DNA of 64,000 bases from a virus (IMGVR_UViG_3300031867_005256:4636-68635); one strand, 5' to 3'. Counted from the first letter of the stretch, positions 44,401 through 56,379 are shown. The notes: a model not told the origin generated them from the sequence alone. Made by a program: numbers and translations.

Positions 44401-47400
44401 TCAAAGATTTAATATTTTCTGGATCAGATAATTCTCTGGAACTTATGTTAAACGACGTTCCCTGACTATCCATTGTAGGAGTAAAACCTATTTCCCTTAA
44501 GTCATTCTAAAAAGCTGCTGTTCCTCCCTACTTGATAACACGCCCACCTACCTTTAGATGGTAAGCGTCTCCTTCTTTATGGAAAAGTTTCTCTATTACA
44601 TCTGCTCCTATATTAGTTTCCGCATTTTCTTTAGCAGCATCCAAATTTTTCTTAGCAGTATCTACAACTTCTTTCTGTTGTTTTAACTCCATATTTGACA
44701 TTATATCATTTAATTCTGCTTCAGATGCCGTAAGAGCTTGTACTGCTGTATTTAACTCTCCATATTCAACAAGTAAATCATGGGTCTTTTTTCGAACTTC
44801 CTCTAAAGAGGTTTCTCCGTCTTCATAGGTCTTATATAAATTTTTGTATTCAGAAACGAGACTCTCTAAATTCTTTGCCTCTTCTTTTTTCTATTCATAC
44901 AATTTAGAAGATTCTTCGGCATTTTCCTTTGCTTTTTGACTTTCTTTTTCTATCTCGCTCGTTAAATCTCCATAAGCTACCCCTAAAATACCTATTATAA
45001 TAGTGATCGCAGCAGCTGCTATATTACTAAATCCAAGTGCTGTTGTAAGAAGTTTTATTCCCTATGCGGCTCCCGTTGCAGCCATGCCAATAGAAGTGAG
45101 TCCTGCAGCAAAATTTCCTTGCTCAAGAGCTTGTGCAGCGCTTGCAGCACTGCTTGTTAGAATCATAAAAGAAGTTATTCCTTGAGAAATTCCTGTAAGA
45201 GCTGCTTCAAAATTAAAATTTTTAAGTTTTTCAAGAGCATTCTCTGCCCTCTTCGTTTCTATAACTACACCAGAGATACTCTCGGTAAATTCTTCAAATG
45301 CAGCTTTTCCTTCCTCTGCGCTCATCCCTGCGGCTTCTGCAAGTTTTAAAAACTCTTCCTTTAACGAAGGTAACAGATTCTTAGCATCTCCTCCTCTTAG
45401 TACAATATCATTTAACATGGAAGTCATTTTTTGTTTTATCTAATCAATTTGTTCTGTAAACTGTCCTTTATCTGTTAAAGATTTAAATAAAGGTACCGCA
45501 TCTATTGTTTTGCTTGCTAATTGAGTATTGATTTTATTTACATAGGCTTCAACGAGTCGTTTTCCAGCTTCGCTCCCCGCATCTTTACCTTGTAACTTGC
45601 TTATCACGTTCTTCTTAAACTCTGCGGCAGCTGCCTTTAAGGGAGAATAATTGCCTGTCTATATATAATAAGAAAATTCTTTAATAAAATCATCAGCCTT
45701 TTTCTGTACAGAACCATGCAAATAAGCTGATTCTGTTCCGCCTAACTTTGAGGATTTTGTGTCAATTGCTGAAAAATCTATCTATCCTGTTAACTTGTCT
45801 AATGGCGCCTACATTGAAGAATTTCCCCATTTAGCTGATTCCCAGGCCTTTAAACTGTCAATATTTTTCTTTATTGCGGCAGAAAATTGTTCATATTCCT
45901 TTTTTGCTCTTTCTATCTCCTGCTGCTGTTCTTTTAAAGATTTATTATTTAAATCTATCTTTAATGTATTATCTGTCTATGTTTTGTTCCATTTTGTTGT
46001 AGAAGTCTGAATTTCTTGAAGTTTTACATTTATAGTAACTAAATCATTTGTATAGTTTTGTAAAATTTGCCTGCTCTGCTCTAATGATTCTTGTGTAAGA
46101 TAAGGAGCATTTCTAAAATAGCTCTCTTTATTATTTAAAAGGTCATCTACACCCGCATTTTTACGTAACTGCGGGTCAATCTTATCGCGAACACTCTATA
46201 AAGATGCAAATCCTGTTTCTATAACTTGCTTATTATATCTTGGAGCAACAAACATATTATTATATGTTTGATTCATTGCCTAAGCAATCTGCTTGCTAAA
46301 CAACATTCCCATTAATGGAGCAACTTGGCTTAAAATACCCTTTAAGCCACCCATACCGTCAACAATTTTTTCAATAACCTGTAAAACTTTTGTTGCGGCA
46401 TCCGCTACGTCATTAATGCTATCCGCATCAAGCAAACTATTATAAACACCCTCTGCGGCAGTCCTTACTTGCTGTAAATGTGCAGCAGTAGTTTCCATAT
46501 AGATATCTTGCTGTTGATTTAAAGTTCCTGCTGCGGTTGCGCTATCCTCCAAGGCTTGTTCATACATATCCCAGTTTTCAAACAAAGCCATGAGGTTGTT
46601 ATATTGTCTTGTCGTAAAACCTTATATGTTTCCATATGAGCCAGACTATATCTTCACTTATCTCTAAGTGCCCCCCATTTCGGAGTTATGCTCCTACTTC
46701 CTCTCGGAATAGTCGTTGAGCCTTATTCTCAAAGAGAATCTTGGTTGCGGATTACCCAATCTTTAATCTTTTTACCATACCTGAGTAGTTAATTCAGCCA
46801 CTAAATATATCACTATTTTAGTTTGGTAATTAAAGCTCTAAGGGACTCCCCGCAGTTAAAGGGGTTTTACGCGAGCACAAAATCAATTATTTTTACCCGC
46901 CATAACTTGAGCAAGAGCAATCTTCTATTCTCTACCCATTGACTACCATTTTGTACCAACTTCGTCAATGACATCGCCCATATCTCTTAAATGTCCAGTA
47001 GCATCAAGTACATTAATACCGAAGCCCGCCATCTTTTCGGTATAACTATCAAGAGTAGCACCATCTTCAACATCTTCTCCTGCGGAAATAGATGTCATAC
47101 GAGCAAGGATTGTCTTGTACGCTGTACCAACTGTTTCTGGAGATTGTCTCGTTACAGAAATAGTCGTTGCGAGGATTGCGTTCATGTGGTCAACATCAAC
47201 ACCGACAGTATTTGCGGCAGAAGCAACTTTAGACATACCTGTTGATAGCTCTTCAAGGTCTGCGGCAGTCGTTGCGGCAACCTTAGCGAGTTTATCAACA
47301 TAAAGTTCTGCTTCTTCTGAACTTACTTGATAACCATTCCAAAGAGCGGTGAGCTATTCAGATACAGCCGCAGTTTGTTGTTGCGTAACGTTTGCCGCCT

Positions 47401-48088
47401 TGATAGTAACGTCTGTCCTTGCCTTTGTTTCTTCATCAGACAAACCTTGCTGATAGTAAATTAATGCGGCATTGGTATAGTCTTTAGTGCCTTTACCTAA
47501 ATTAATAGCAGTTTTATTAGCTACCTCCGCAAATCTACCCATCTCATCTGCAGACTTACCAGTTACAATTCTTATATTATTTAAAGAAGAATCTAATGCT
47601 TGTACATAACCATATGCTTCTCTCACAGAATTAAGAATTGTATTAGAAATAGAAGAATAAACTGTCCATTTTAAACTTTTAAATGCTTCCTCACCTATCT
47701 TATCTAAAAATGTCTCTGTCTTCTATAAATTAAGATTAACAGTAGTTAACTGATTAATTGTAGAAGCTAATGCGCCATAGCCTTGAGAACCAACTTTATT
47801 AAAACTTTGCGCAACTTGATTTAAAGACGTTCCAGACAGCTTTAATTTCGCATTTAAAGTATCCACATTATAAGTGTTTAATTTTACATTATATGCGGCA
47901 GACATTGCCCTTTGCAACTTAGTAGCTTCTTCTGATGCTTCTCTAAGTTTTTCTTTCATAGGGTCGCCCGCAGGTGTCTTCTAATAGGCTTGCTAAATCT
48001 TATTTATTTCGTTTTGCAAAGTCCTAAAAGACTAAGAATCGGTTTCTGCACTAAACCGAATCTTATATTCCTCAGTTTTGCTTGCCAT
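38456..48088 (-). CDS. Tape measure protein, ~3116 aa after splicing (exons 46895-48088 and 38456-46612), about 45 in-frame TAG
   Basis: All minus-strand track ORFs here share one frame. A codon-by-codon check of the gaps found only TAG, with no TAA or TGA outside the intron. TMP motifs LNNIRIVTG, GTAYKTILAR and AG|TRQYNNLMALFENW. Confidence 0.9.
46613..46894 (-). ncRNA. ORF-less group I intron (282 nt) in the tape measure gene
   Basis: Exon ends GCGGGU and pairs with IGS GCUCGC. P10 UUUUGU pairs with 3' exon ACAAGA. Core P aactgcgggga, Q aatccgcaacc, R tcaacgactat, S aagatatagtct; terminal G. Confidence 0.92.
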
Positions 48089-48175
48089 ATAATATTCCTC
48101 CTTTTACTCATCAAAATAAAAGTCTCCTTTGTTATTCTTAACAAAAGAGACTATATGATTATTTAATTAAGACCG

Positions 48176-48751
48176 TCACTTTTTAATTATAACAGGTTTA
48201 TTAGTCTTTATATCTCTATTTCCGTTAGCGGCTTCCGCAAATTTCTTAACAGCTTCAAATTTTTCAGGGTCAAACTGATTTACAAAATTCATTGCAGCTT
48301 CCGCATTTTTAGGCATATCTTCAATTATAGTATTAATAACTGCTGCAGTTGTCTTGCTATATTCCTGTATTCTCTCTATTGTTTCTTCAACAAAAGAAAG
48401 AATAGTTTGATAGTATGTGGAAGGTATTAAGTTTATAATTTCTTGCATCAATCCGCTACTCTCTAACTGATCATAAAGCGCGAGTTCGTCTGCGCGGTCA
48501 TCCGCATCAAATACAATATCTGTCATAAGATACACTATATTTAAATGAGTATATAAATCTACCTTAAAAGGTGAAAAATAACCATTCTCTCTTGACTTCT
48601 GTAATACGGAATTAATTAAATCAAGCATATCCTGCGCCATTATGTACTAATAAACTTTAATTTCTATTCCATTATAATTTAAAGTTTTATACTTAAAATA
48701 ATTTTCTTTCTTCATATCCTTATAATTAAGGACTTCTACATTTTCTGACAT
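48176..48751 (-). CDS. Probable tail assembly chaperone (191 aa), 1 TAG
   Basis: Immediately upstream of the TMP; open with TAG=Q; GGAGG RBS. Confidence 0.6.
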
Positions 48752-48805
48752 TTTAGCCAGCCTCCTTCTTCTCTGGCAAGATATTTTAATCTTGCTTTTT
48801 TCTTT

Positions 48806-48834
48806 ATTATATCATAAATTTTTTAATTTGTCAA
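48806..48834 (-). promoter_or_regulatory. Sigma-A promoter upstream of the chaperone and TMP genes
   Basis: Perfect TTGACA-N17-TG.TATAAT on the minus strand. Confidence 0.8.
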
Positions 48835-49964
48835 AAAGTTTTTTTAATAAGGTTTACAAAATATCGTACACTTTCTTGTGTACTATCTCGAACAAGTTTA
48901 GCATATGCTGTCTATAAAGGTTCTTTCATTTCTGTTTCAAAAAAGAAATTTACAATATCTGTCGCATTAGGATTCTCAAAGATTCTTCTCATTTGTACTA
49001 ATGCATTATAAGTTGCCTAAATGGAAATACTTGCAGTAGAACCTATTTTAGCTTGTAAATATATAAAAGTTCTATCCCCTTCTCCATTAATTGCCTAAAA
49101 CACAACGTCAGCTCCTTTGTAAAAAGGTACATCATTTTTAGACTATTTAGCAAGAGTGGTTACGAAAGGACCGTACGCTGGTATTGATTTATGAATAGAC
49201 AAATCAGAAGCTCCTCTAAGCATTGCCTCAAATAGTTGTCCTTGATTCAATTCACGAACAGTCTTATGAGTATTTTCTTCTGCTCTATTATAAGTTTTTA
49301 AGAATACAGTAACAGAACGATCCAAAAACTACAATATTGTTTCTCGAATATTATCTAAAGCTTGTTGTTGTTCCATTTCTTTAACAGCCTTAACGCTGGG
49401 AACTCCTATCTTATTAATTCTTGAAGTTACCTCTTCTAATGTTCCAGTTATATTTACTCTTTTACTTGCAACCGCCCTTATTTTAGTATTTTTTAAAAAA
49501 GTTTCGCCTTCTGAAAAAGCTATTTTATCAATAATTTTCTCTTTAGAGAAATCGTCAGTTTTTTTACCTTCTAAATTTACCAAGCCCGCTGTTGCAACGG
49601 TATAAATAATTTTTTGTCCCGTTAATTCTTCACGTATTTCTTCTACAAGTCGAACACCGTCCTAAGCAAGAGCCGTAAATTCTCCCGTCGTTTCCCCTTC
49701 CTTAATTTTATTATTAGCTTTTACTATCTTCCGTAGGGAACGGACAATTTCAGATTTAGAGTCTTCTGTTAAAAGTATAGATGATTCTAATTGCTATATA
49801 TGCTATTCTACAACTGACTCATTCCTAATTTTACTAATATACTAATTATATTTAATAAACCAATTATTAATCTTAGACAAATAAGGTAACATAGCTTCTT
49901 TTAAATCGCTTGAAGAAATATTAGCTAAATCTTTTAAAATATCTTTTGATAAAACTGAAGCCAT
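48831..49964 (-). CDS. Hypothetical tail-region protein (377 aa), several TAG
   Basis: Track ORFs 49329-49583 and 49143-49325 lie in one frame from ATG 49964 (GAGGAGG RBS) to TGA 48831. Confidence 0.65.
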
Positions 49965-49994
49965 TCTCCCACCTCCTCATTAGCATAAAAATAA

Positions 49995-50020
49995 GCGGCG
50001 GTAGTCGCCTACCACCGCCA
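49995..50020 (-). terminator. Terminator after the major tail gene
   Basis: gcggcggtag-N4-ctaccaccgc hairpin followed by Ts on the minus strand. Confidence 0.6.
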
Positions 50021-50051
50021 AAACACTAAATCTATTGATAAAGTGCTATTA

Positions 50052-51212
50052 TCAAGTATTCTTTGTGTACAGGCCTGCTGCAACAAGAGTTCCCCAAGTT
50101 TGCTCGGTAACTGCCTGAGTAACAAATCTGGTTGCTTCCTTATTATCAGCCGCATCAGCAACAAACTTGTAGTAAGTACCAGATGCATATTCTGCGGAAG
50201 TAGGTACTCTTGTGTAACCATAGGCCTTAGCCCAAGCTACCGCAGTATTAGGAACGTTGTCGTAAGGAACTGCGCCTGCCTCTTCCTCAGTACCCTCAAT
50301 TCTGTTCTCTTCCCCATCGGTATGAGCCATAACAGAAGTATAAGTTACATCAGAATCATCTGCATCTTCTATAATCTGAATAACAACAAGGACTTTCTTA
50401 GTCTGGTCAAAATACGTATAACCAGGCATAACATCCATTGTGAAAGTAAATGTACTGGGATCGCCAGTTGCCGCCATTGTGAATGTCCAGTTAGACTGAA
50501 TCTTTGCATTAGGTATTGTGATATTAGCAGGGTAATCCTTACCATCTATCTGCGCTCTAAACAGAGTATCTGCTTCTATGTAGAAGTAGCCACCGAAGTT
50601 AGCTGCATCTACCTGAAGTTCAGTTACCTTTGCGGCATCCTTAAGAATGTAGTAGTCAACAAGAACATTAAGACCTGCTTCTACACTTGCGGCATCCGTT
50701 ACTTCAATCTTCTTACCAGTAGTATCAACAGCGCCAGGCTCATAAGTAACACCAGTGATAGAACCATCACCTTCTACGCCCATTATAAAAATAGGAGCAG
50801 TTGCGCAAACCTTATCATTTCTGCCAAGAGCATCTGTTAAATCTACCCAATACTTATCATTAGAATCTTTGCTAATAGTTGTAGCAGTGGTCATATGAGC
50901 ATGAACCTGGTCATATGTAGAAGTTGCGCCCTTTACTACACCTGCACCAGAGAGCATTGCGAATGAAATGGGGGAGATAAGAGCATCCTCAACAGTCATG
51001 GTAATGACCTTTTCTCCTTCCCAGGCAACGAGTCGCACGTTACCTCTTCCTCCTGTTGCATAAACGGAAGTAGCAGAGCCTTCAAGAGTAGAGGTTTTTG
51101 CGGAATCCATGAAGAATACGGGCTGACCCTTACGGAATACAGCGGAACCTATCTTCATGTCATTCTTCGCACGGAAAACGACATTACATATTTCGCGTAC
51201 ACCATACCTCAT
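50052..51212 (-). CDS. Major tail (tube) protein, no TAG
   Basis: MRYGVREICNVVFRAK...YATGGRGN...GDPSTFTFTMD; position upstream of the chaperone and TMP; strong RBS. Confidence 0.7.
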   Translation of the reverse strand: MRYGVREICNVVFRAKNDMKIGSAVFRKGQPVFFMDSAKTSTLEGSATSVYATGGRGNVRLVAWEGEKVITMTVEDALISPISFAMLSGAGVVKGATSTYDQVHAHMTTATTISKDSNDKYWVDLTDALGRNDKVCATAPIFIMGVEGDGSITGVTYEPGAVDTTGKKIEVTDAASVEAGLNVLVDYYILKDAAKVTELQVDAANFGGYFYIEADTLFRAQIDGKDYPANITIPNAKIQSNWTFTMAATGDPSTFTFTMDVMPGYTYFDQTKKVLVVIQIIEDADDSDVTYTSVMAHTDGEENRIEGTEEEAGAVPYDNVPNTAVAWAKAYGYTRVPTSAEYASGTYYKFVADAADNKEATRFVTQAVTEQTWGTLVAAGLYTKNT

Positions 51213-51268
51213 AATAAAATTCCTCCTTTATGAGTATACTTTAAAAAATATTTTTTAAAATATAAAGA

Positions 51269-52039
51269 TTATCTTTCTTTACTATCTTCATATTCTTTAC
51301 AATGAATATCCTACATCCAGTTTTTAGGTTCTTCATTCATCTTCGCGCCTGCAAGCGCCGCAGACATATTCATATCAAATTGTGATTTCAAAATAAAACG
51401 TTCAAATTCATCATATAATTGATATACAGAATAATTTAATAAACTATTCATATCTTTATGTTCTCCAACAGAAAGAACTGAAACGTAATTACTTAATATG
51501 GAAATTTTTTTATTTCCATCACCTTTTTGCTATGCAATTTTCTATCTTCCTTTTTCTAATTTTTCTGCAATTCTTCTTGCTAAACTTCCTTTCGGATTAT
51601 AGCCTTCTTTTTCTAACGGTTTTAGACAAAAGAGAGATATAAGAATATTTTTAAACTCTTCAAAATTTTTTTCAGAAATAATAAATACAGAGTTATCTTC
51701 TGAATGTAGTTCTATCACATCAGTAAAATGAATAGTCATATTAGGAAATAGTAAAGATAACAACATAGTAACACTATTTTTAGCTTTTTGAATTTCTATT
51801 GACTATTCATCGTGTAATACTGACATTAATATATTAAAATTAGAGTAAGACTCTAAATTAACATTGTCCTATTTTGTTAAAAATTTTTGCTTATCAAAAT
51901 TTAACATCTAACAACCTATATAAAAATCATCTTCTCCAATAAAACCTATCTCTTTAATAGTGGGAGTATGAATTGTTAAATTAGCTTCTATAAATGGAAT
52001 ATCATTTCCAGACAAGAGTAAAAGGTTAGATAGCTCCAT
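51269..52039 (-). CDS. Conserved structural-module protein (256 aa), 6 TAG
   Basis: LLLLSGNDIPF...PTIKEIGFIGE...LAGAK; one frame with TAG=Q. Confidence 0.65.
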
Positions 52040-52610
52040 CTGCAATCCAATCGTCAGAGCCGTGAGTTGCGGAATAAATTAAACTATATCCGCTTAACTT
52101 CTCATCTAAAACTATCTTACTGCAACCCAAAAATTGCAATGTACCAATGCCTGAAAGTTTTGAATTATTAAGTATTCCATCTATATATCCGCATATTTTA
52201 AGCGGACGCATCCTATAATTACCGATGTCCCAATAATCAGTATTGCATATAACATCAAAAGTTACAACACAATCTCTAAACTGCGGGTTATGGTAATCAG
52301 GAGTAAAGTTATCAAATCCTATTAAAATATAAGATTTAACTTCCTCATGCTCAGGTAATTTAATAATCGGCGCTAATCTAATGTAGCCTTCATCTAAAAG
52401 ATTTTTAATAGATGTATTGTTAATTTTATCTTTATATATCTGACTATCTTGATTGTCTAAACAATCTTTTGTTTCAATAATCAGAAGTCTTTTTAAAATA
52501 TCTGAAAAAGGTCTGCTTTCAATGAACAGCTTCCTCATGATAGTTTCAAAATCTTTCTCACAAGAGAGAAAAGATGATTTTATATCTAATTTTACCAAAT
52601 CTTTTCTCAT
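52026..52610 (-). CDS. Probable tail terminator / completion protein
   Basis: Intact ORF two genes before the tail tube; RPLKICGYIDGILN. Function inferred from synteny. Confidence 0.55.
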   Translation of the reverse strand: MRKDLVKLDIKSSFLSCEKDFETIMRKLFIESRPFSDILKRLLIIETKDCLDNQDSQIYKDKINNTSIKNLLDEGYIRLAPIIKLPEHEEVKSYILIGFDNFTPDYHNPQFRDCVVTFDVICNTDYWDIGNYRMRPLKICGYIDGILNNSKLSGIGTLQFLGCSKIVLDEKLSGYSLIYSATHGSDDWIADGAI

Positions 52611-52627
52611 AAATTTTCTCCTTTATC

Positions 52628-53635
52628 TCACAGAGATTCAATAGTAATGGGCAATTGTGCAGCAACCTCTCCGTCAATATAATATTGTAAATCTATAAAA
52701 CCGCTTTTTCCAGTTATTATCTCAATCTTTACCCAATTAGAATCTTCTTTTAAAATGCGGGCTTTCTTCGTGGCGAGTACCCAATGTCCGCCTCCCGCAT
52801 TTTCAATTTTATATTCTTTAATATCATAGGGATAAACAACATTATCTCCTATAATACTCGGAAGACCCGCCTTTCTTCTTCTTTCTCTTGTTTCCTCAGT
52901 CTCTTCTTTTCTTTCTATATCTATTGTGGACTGCTGTTCTTGAATAGTATTATTAAAATCTTCCATTAAAGCAACTTTAATAATACCTTCTCCACTTGCG
53001 CTATTTACTGCAACAACTTCCCATGTTTGTCCATCAATTTTTACTTTCTAAAAACGGTGGAAGAACTCAAGAGTTTCCGCATTTTTAGTAATATATATCT
53101 CTGAGGAATAGTTCATGTCATTCCATTCGATATTCACTTTCTGATTCCAAGGAATAGAAGTTTCATCAGGTCCTTTATAATAAACATGATATGTATGTTC
53201 ACCTATTATTATCTCTTTCTCGCACATACGAATATCCGCACGAAAATAAGCTAACTCTTCTATAAACTAAAGATAAACTATCCAATAACTATTCGTTTCT
53301 TTCCAGTAAAAGACGTCTCCACATTTTATACCAACGTCAACCTACCCCTATGTGGTAGTGCCTGCTCTTGGTTTATTAATTTGAACATCTCTATAAGGAA
53401 TAGATAAAAATTTCTAATCATAGTCATTCTTTAATTTATCAGGATTAATTAAACATTTAAACCCTCTTGTAAAACTATTATCAGTCTAATTTTCTTGTAA
53501 AAATATTGTGGCTGTCTAATAAGATTTTCCAATAGAAGATTTCAATGTGCGGAGTTTATCAAGTATCATTCTGTCCTACTAATAACTTCCACCATTGTGG
53601 TTCAGTCTTTGGTGCAAATTTTCATATCCGTACAT
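52628..53635 (-). CDS. Probable head-closure/neck protein (335 aa), 9 TAG
   Basis: GGSY[Q][Q]DRMILDKL...HRF[Q]KVKIDGQTWEV in one frame with TAG=Q. Confidence 0.65.
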
Positions 53636-53934
53636 TTTGACCTTAACCTCCCCATTATATTTAAACAATCAAATATAGTCTTACGATAAAGCGGGAAGTC
53701 GTCCTCTAAAAGGCGCAACCCCTACAATTTACACAATAGCTGAAAAACTAATTCCTATTCTTCAATAAGAGTATATTCCATTCCCGCTATTTCCTCTGTT
53801 ATTGTAAGAAGCAGTTGCCGCCATTCTTGACCTTCCTCTTTCATCGGCAAAAGCTTATATATTTGATTTATTAATCTCTTTAAATTGTTATCTATCGCCG
53901 CATTGGAAAGTTCTAAAGAATGTATTAAAACCAT
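53602..53934 (-). CDS. Conserved neck-region hypothetical protein (110 aa), 2 TAG
   Basis: NQIYKLLPMKEEG...LLCKL[Q]GL...YRKTIFDCL. Confidence 0.65.
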
Positions 53935-55743
53935 GTCTACACTTCCCTTGTCGAGCGAAGACAATCCATTGTAGAATCGTAAATACCATCATCATTTTTT
54001 AATCTGCGGCTATATAGACGCTGGAGATGAAAACCTTCCCTCTCATAATCTTTCTTGAGTGTGAGTAACTTCGAGAGATGGTTGGCCTAACTTGTAAATT
54101 TGAAATCTGCAAATTGTTATCTTAAAGGCTTTTTATCCTTTAATTCTTATACTTCTTATTCGTATAAGTTCGGCATATCTTTTTACTCTTGTGGAGTATT
54201 TAGGCTCGTGGGAGTCTATATCTTATTGAGTATAGAAAAATATTTTTCTTTCTTCCGAGGCAGACTTAAATAATCATTTTCATAAAATAATTTTCCTAAT
54301 TTTAGAGTATCTTGTTTACAATAGCATATTGCAAAATTATTATGGTCATTCACAATATTTTTAGGAGACAGTCCCTTGCCTTGTAAGAATGTTGCAAATT
54401 CTTGTAGTAAATTTTTATTTGCACAAGTAAAACTCATTCCAATACGATAGCGACCATTTTTTTCGTAGGTTTCGTAAATACTGCCATCTCCGTCAAAAAA
54501 TCCTCTGATAAAATCTAAAACATATTCTTCTGGAATATCAGGTATATGATTAAATTGAAAGGTCTTTGCATTAACAATTCCGTAACTTTCGCACTTCTCT
54601 CTAAGCACTTTAGAAGTAATTGATAAACTTGAATTATAAAAAATTTTACCGTTAAGAGATACTTCATTCTAATATATAGGCCCATCATAATTTAGTTCTT
54701 CTTTTATCAATTGCAATACTTCTTCGTCCTTCCGAGCCAAAGTTAAAACAATTTTATTTTTTGCGCCTTTTGTAATTGGTAAATATCCATCTGCGGCCAA
54801 GAAACCTAAAAGCCAAGCTCCATTATGACTTTCTAAATTATAATTATCATTAAGATGATATTTTCTTAAATCTGGCATAACTCTAACTTGCGCAGATTCT
54901 TGCACATTTCTGATATATATGTTATTATCAATTAAAATAGACCTTACTTTATCAAAACTAAATGTTAAATGCAAGGACTCTACAATTTTTTCTAAACCAT
55001 ACCCTTCTTCATACAATGCAATTATTTGATTTTGAAGTTCTTGAGGAACTTCAAGTTTAGGACATCCAACTTTAGCCTCTTGATAAGTCCTAATATGAAT
55101 ATTGTTTTCTTTTAAAACTCTTTTTACAACACTTTGATGAAATGGAAGGTTTAATGTTTTAACAATTCTTCCTAATCCATATTGTTTATTAACATATAAA
55201 TCAATAATTGCATCAATCTGTTCTTGTGGAACAATAATTTTACTCATAAGTTTGTCACTCCTATGCTCTGTGCGTGTTAAGGCTTTTAAACCTTAACTTC
55301 CGCTCGGATTAGCATTTCAGCTTTCCCGTTTTTCCTAAAATGATATTCTCTTGTGGAGAACAGGCCCATTATATTAAGCCACTGTATTTCATTCTTGTTA
55401 ATTCAACAGATGCAAGTTGGTAATCAAGCCAACCAACTATCATATAATATACAAGAATCTCTATCTCTTCCTGAGATAAATTATTCTCAAACTAACCACC
55501 AGTATATATTATTAAAGAGACTAATTCATGATTACTTTCAACACCTGAATAGGTATCAGAATCAACAGCATCAAACAATTCATAAGTTGATATATCATGG
55601 CGCGGGAACTCAAAATTTGGAATTGCGGAAACCAGTAAATCTTGAAGTATCCGCCATGTATCAAGTTCACTAAACTCCATAAACATATCATCTGTTATTC
55701 TGTTTAAAAAGGTGTCATACACTTCTGAAAAAAGTGTTCCCAT
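53925..55743 (-). CDS. Probable head-tail adaptor, split by an intron (exons 55377-55743 and 53925-54109; 183 aa)
   Basis: The spliced product reads ...RMKYSG-S-DFKFTS[Q]ANHLSKLL...YSRR. Exon lengths (367 + 185 nt) sum to a multiple of 3. Confidence 0.75.
54110..55376 (-). ncRNA. Group I intron (1267 nt) in the head-tail adaptor gene
   Basis: Exon ends GGCU with IGS GGCC. Q aatccgagcggaag, R cagagcatag, S aagatatgccgaac; ends gataacaatttG. Confidence 0.88.
54183..55247 (-). CDS. Intron-encoded LAGLIDADG homing endonuclease (354 aa), 2 TAG
   Basis: AWLLGFLAADG and FIRGFFDGDG with N-terminal HTH-like repeats. Track ORFs 54669-55247 and 54216-54608 join through TAG. Confidence 0.9.
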
Positions 55744-55759
55744 TTTTCAACACCCCCTA

Positions 55760-56320
55760 TTAAGTTACAATATTGTACTTCCTTATCTTCTTTTCTTCTG
55801 TCTTTATCGGTTCTGCCTTACGAGTCTTTTCTGCGGCAGCCTCTTCCGAAAGATCATCCTCCGCAAGCGTCTTATTTACTCTAATAGCATTATCGACAGA
55901 AAATCCAGTCTTCTTTTGAATGAGTTCTCTCTTTCTTATATCGGGTATTTCAAGTGAAACTGCGAGAGACTTTACTAAATCAATTACCCCCTGCGGAGCA
56001 AAGTTTAAGCAATCTTCTAACTGATCAAGATTTCCCTCAAGGAGCAGCTTCTTAATTTCTGCTTCGGTGTAAAAATATTCGGGTTCTGTTTCTATATTAA
56101 GATATTCCAAAGCACTTTTGTCTTTTATCATCAGATAATTACGAAGAAGATACTCTCCGCCAGGAACTACCATAAGTTCATTTAACTCGTCAATATCTAT
56201 CTTCTTAGTTTCATTTAAGTTAAAGTCTCTATGAAGTCCGCTTGAAAGAGTATAACCAGTTGTACCATTATTTCTATTAGTAACTTCTACATAATTCTTT
56301 GATGTAATTTTCTCTTCCAT
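55760..56320 (-). CDS. Conserved hypothetical protein downstream of the MCP
   Basis: Intact ORF with no TAG; AAGGAG RBS. Confidence 0.7.
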   Translation of the reverse strand: MEEKITSKNYVEVTNRNNGTTGYTLSSGLHRDFNLNETKKIDIDELNELMVVPGGEYLLRNYLMIKDKSALEYLNIETEPEYFYTEAEIKKLLLEGNLDQLEDCLNFAPQGVIDLVKSLAVSLEIPDIRKRELIQKKTGFSVDNAIRVNKTLAEDDLSEEAAAEKTRKAEPIKTEEKKIRKYNIVT

Positions 56321-56353
56321 AATAATAATCTCCTTTATCTCCTGTAAAATTAT

Positions 56354-56379
56354 GACCTCTCCTCTCTCAAGGAGAGGTC
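56354..56379 (-). terminator. Hairpin after the major capsid gene
   Basis: gacctctcc-N8-ggagaggtc. Confidence 0.6.
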
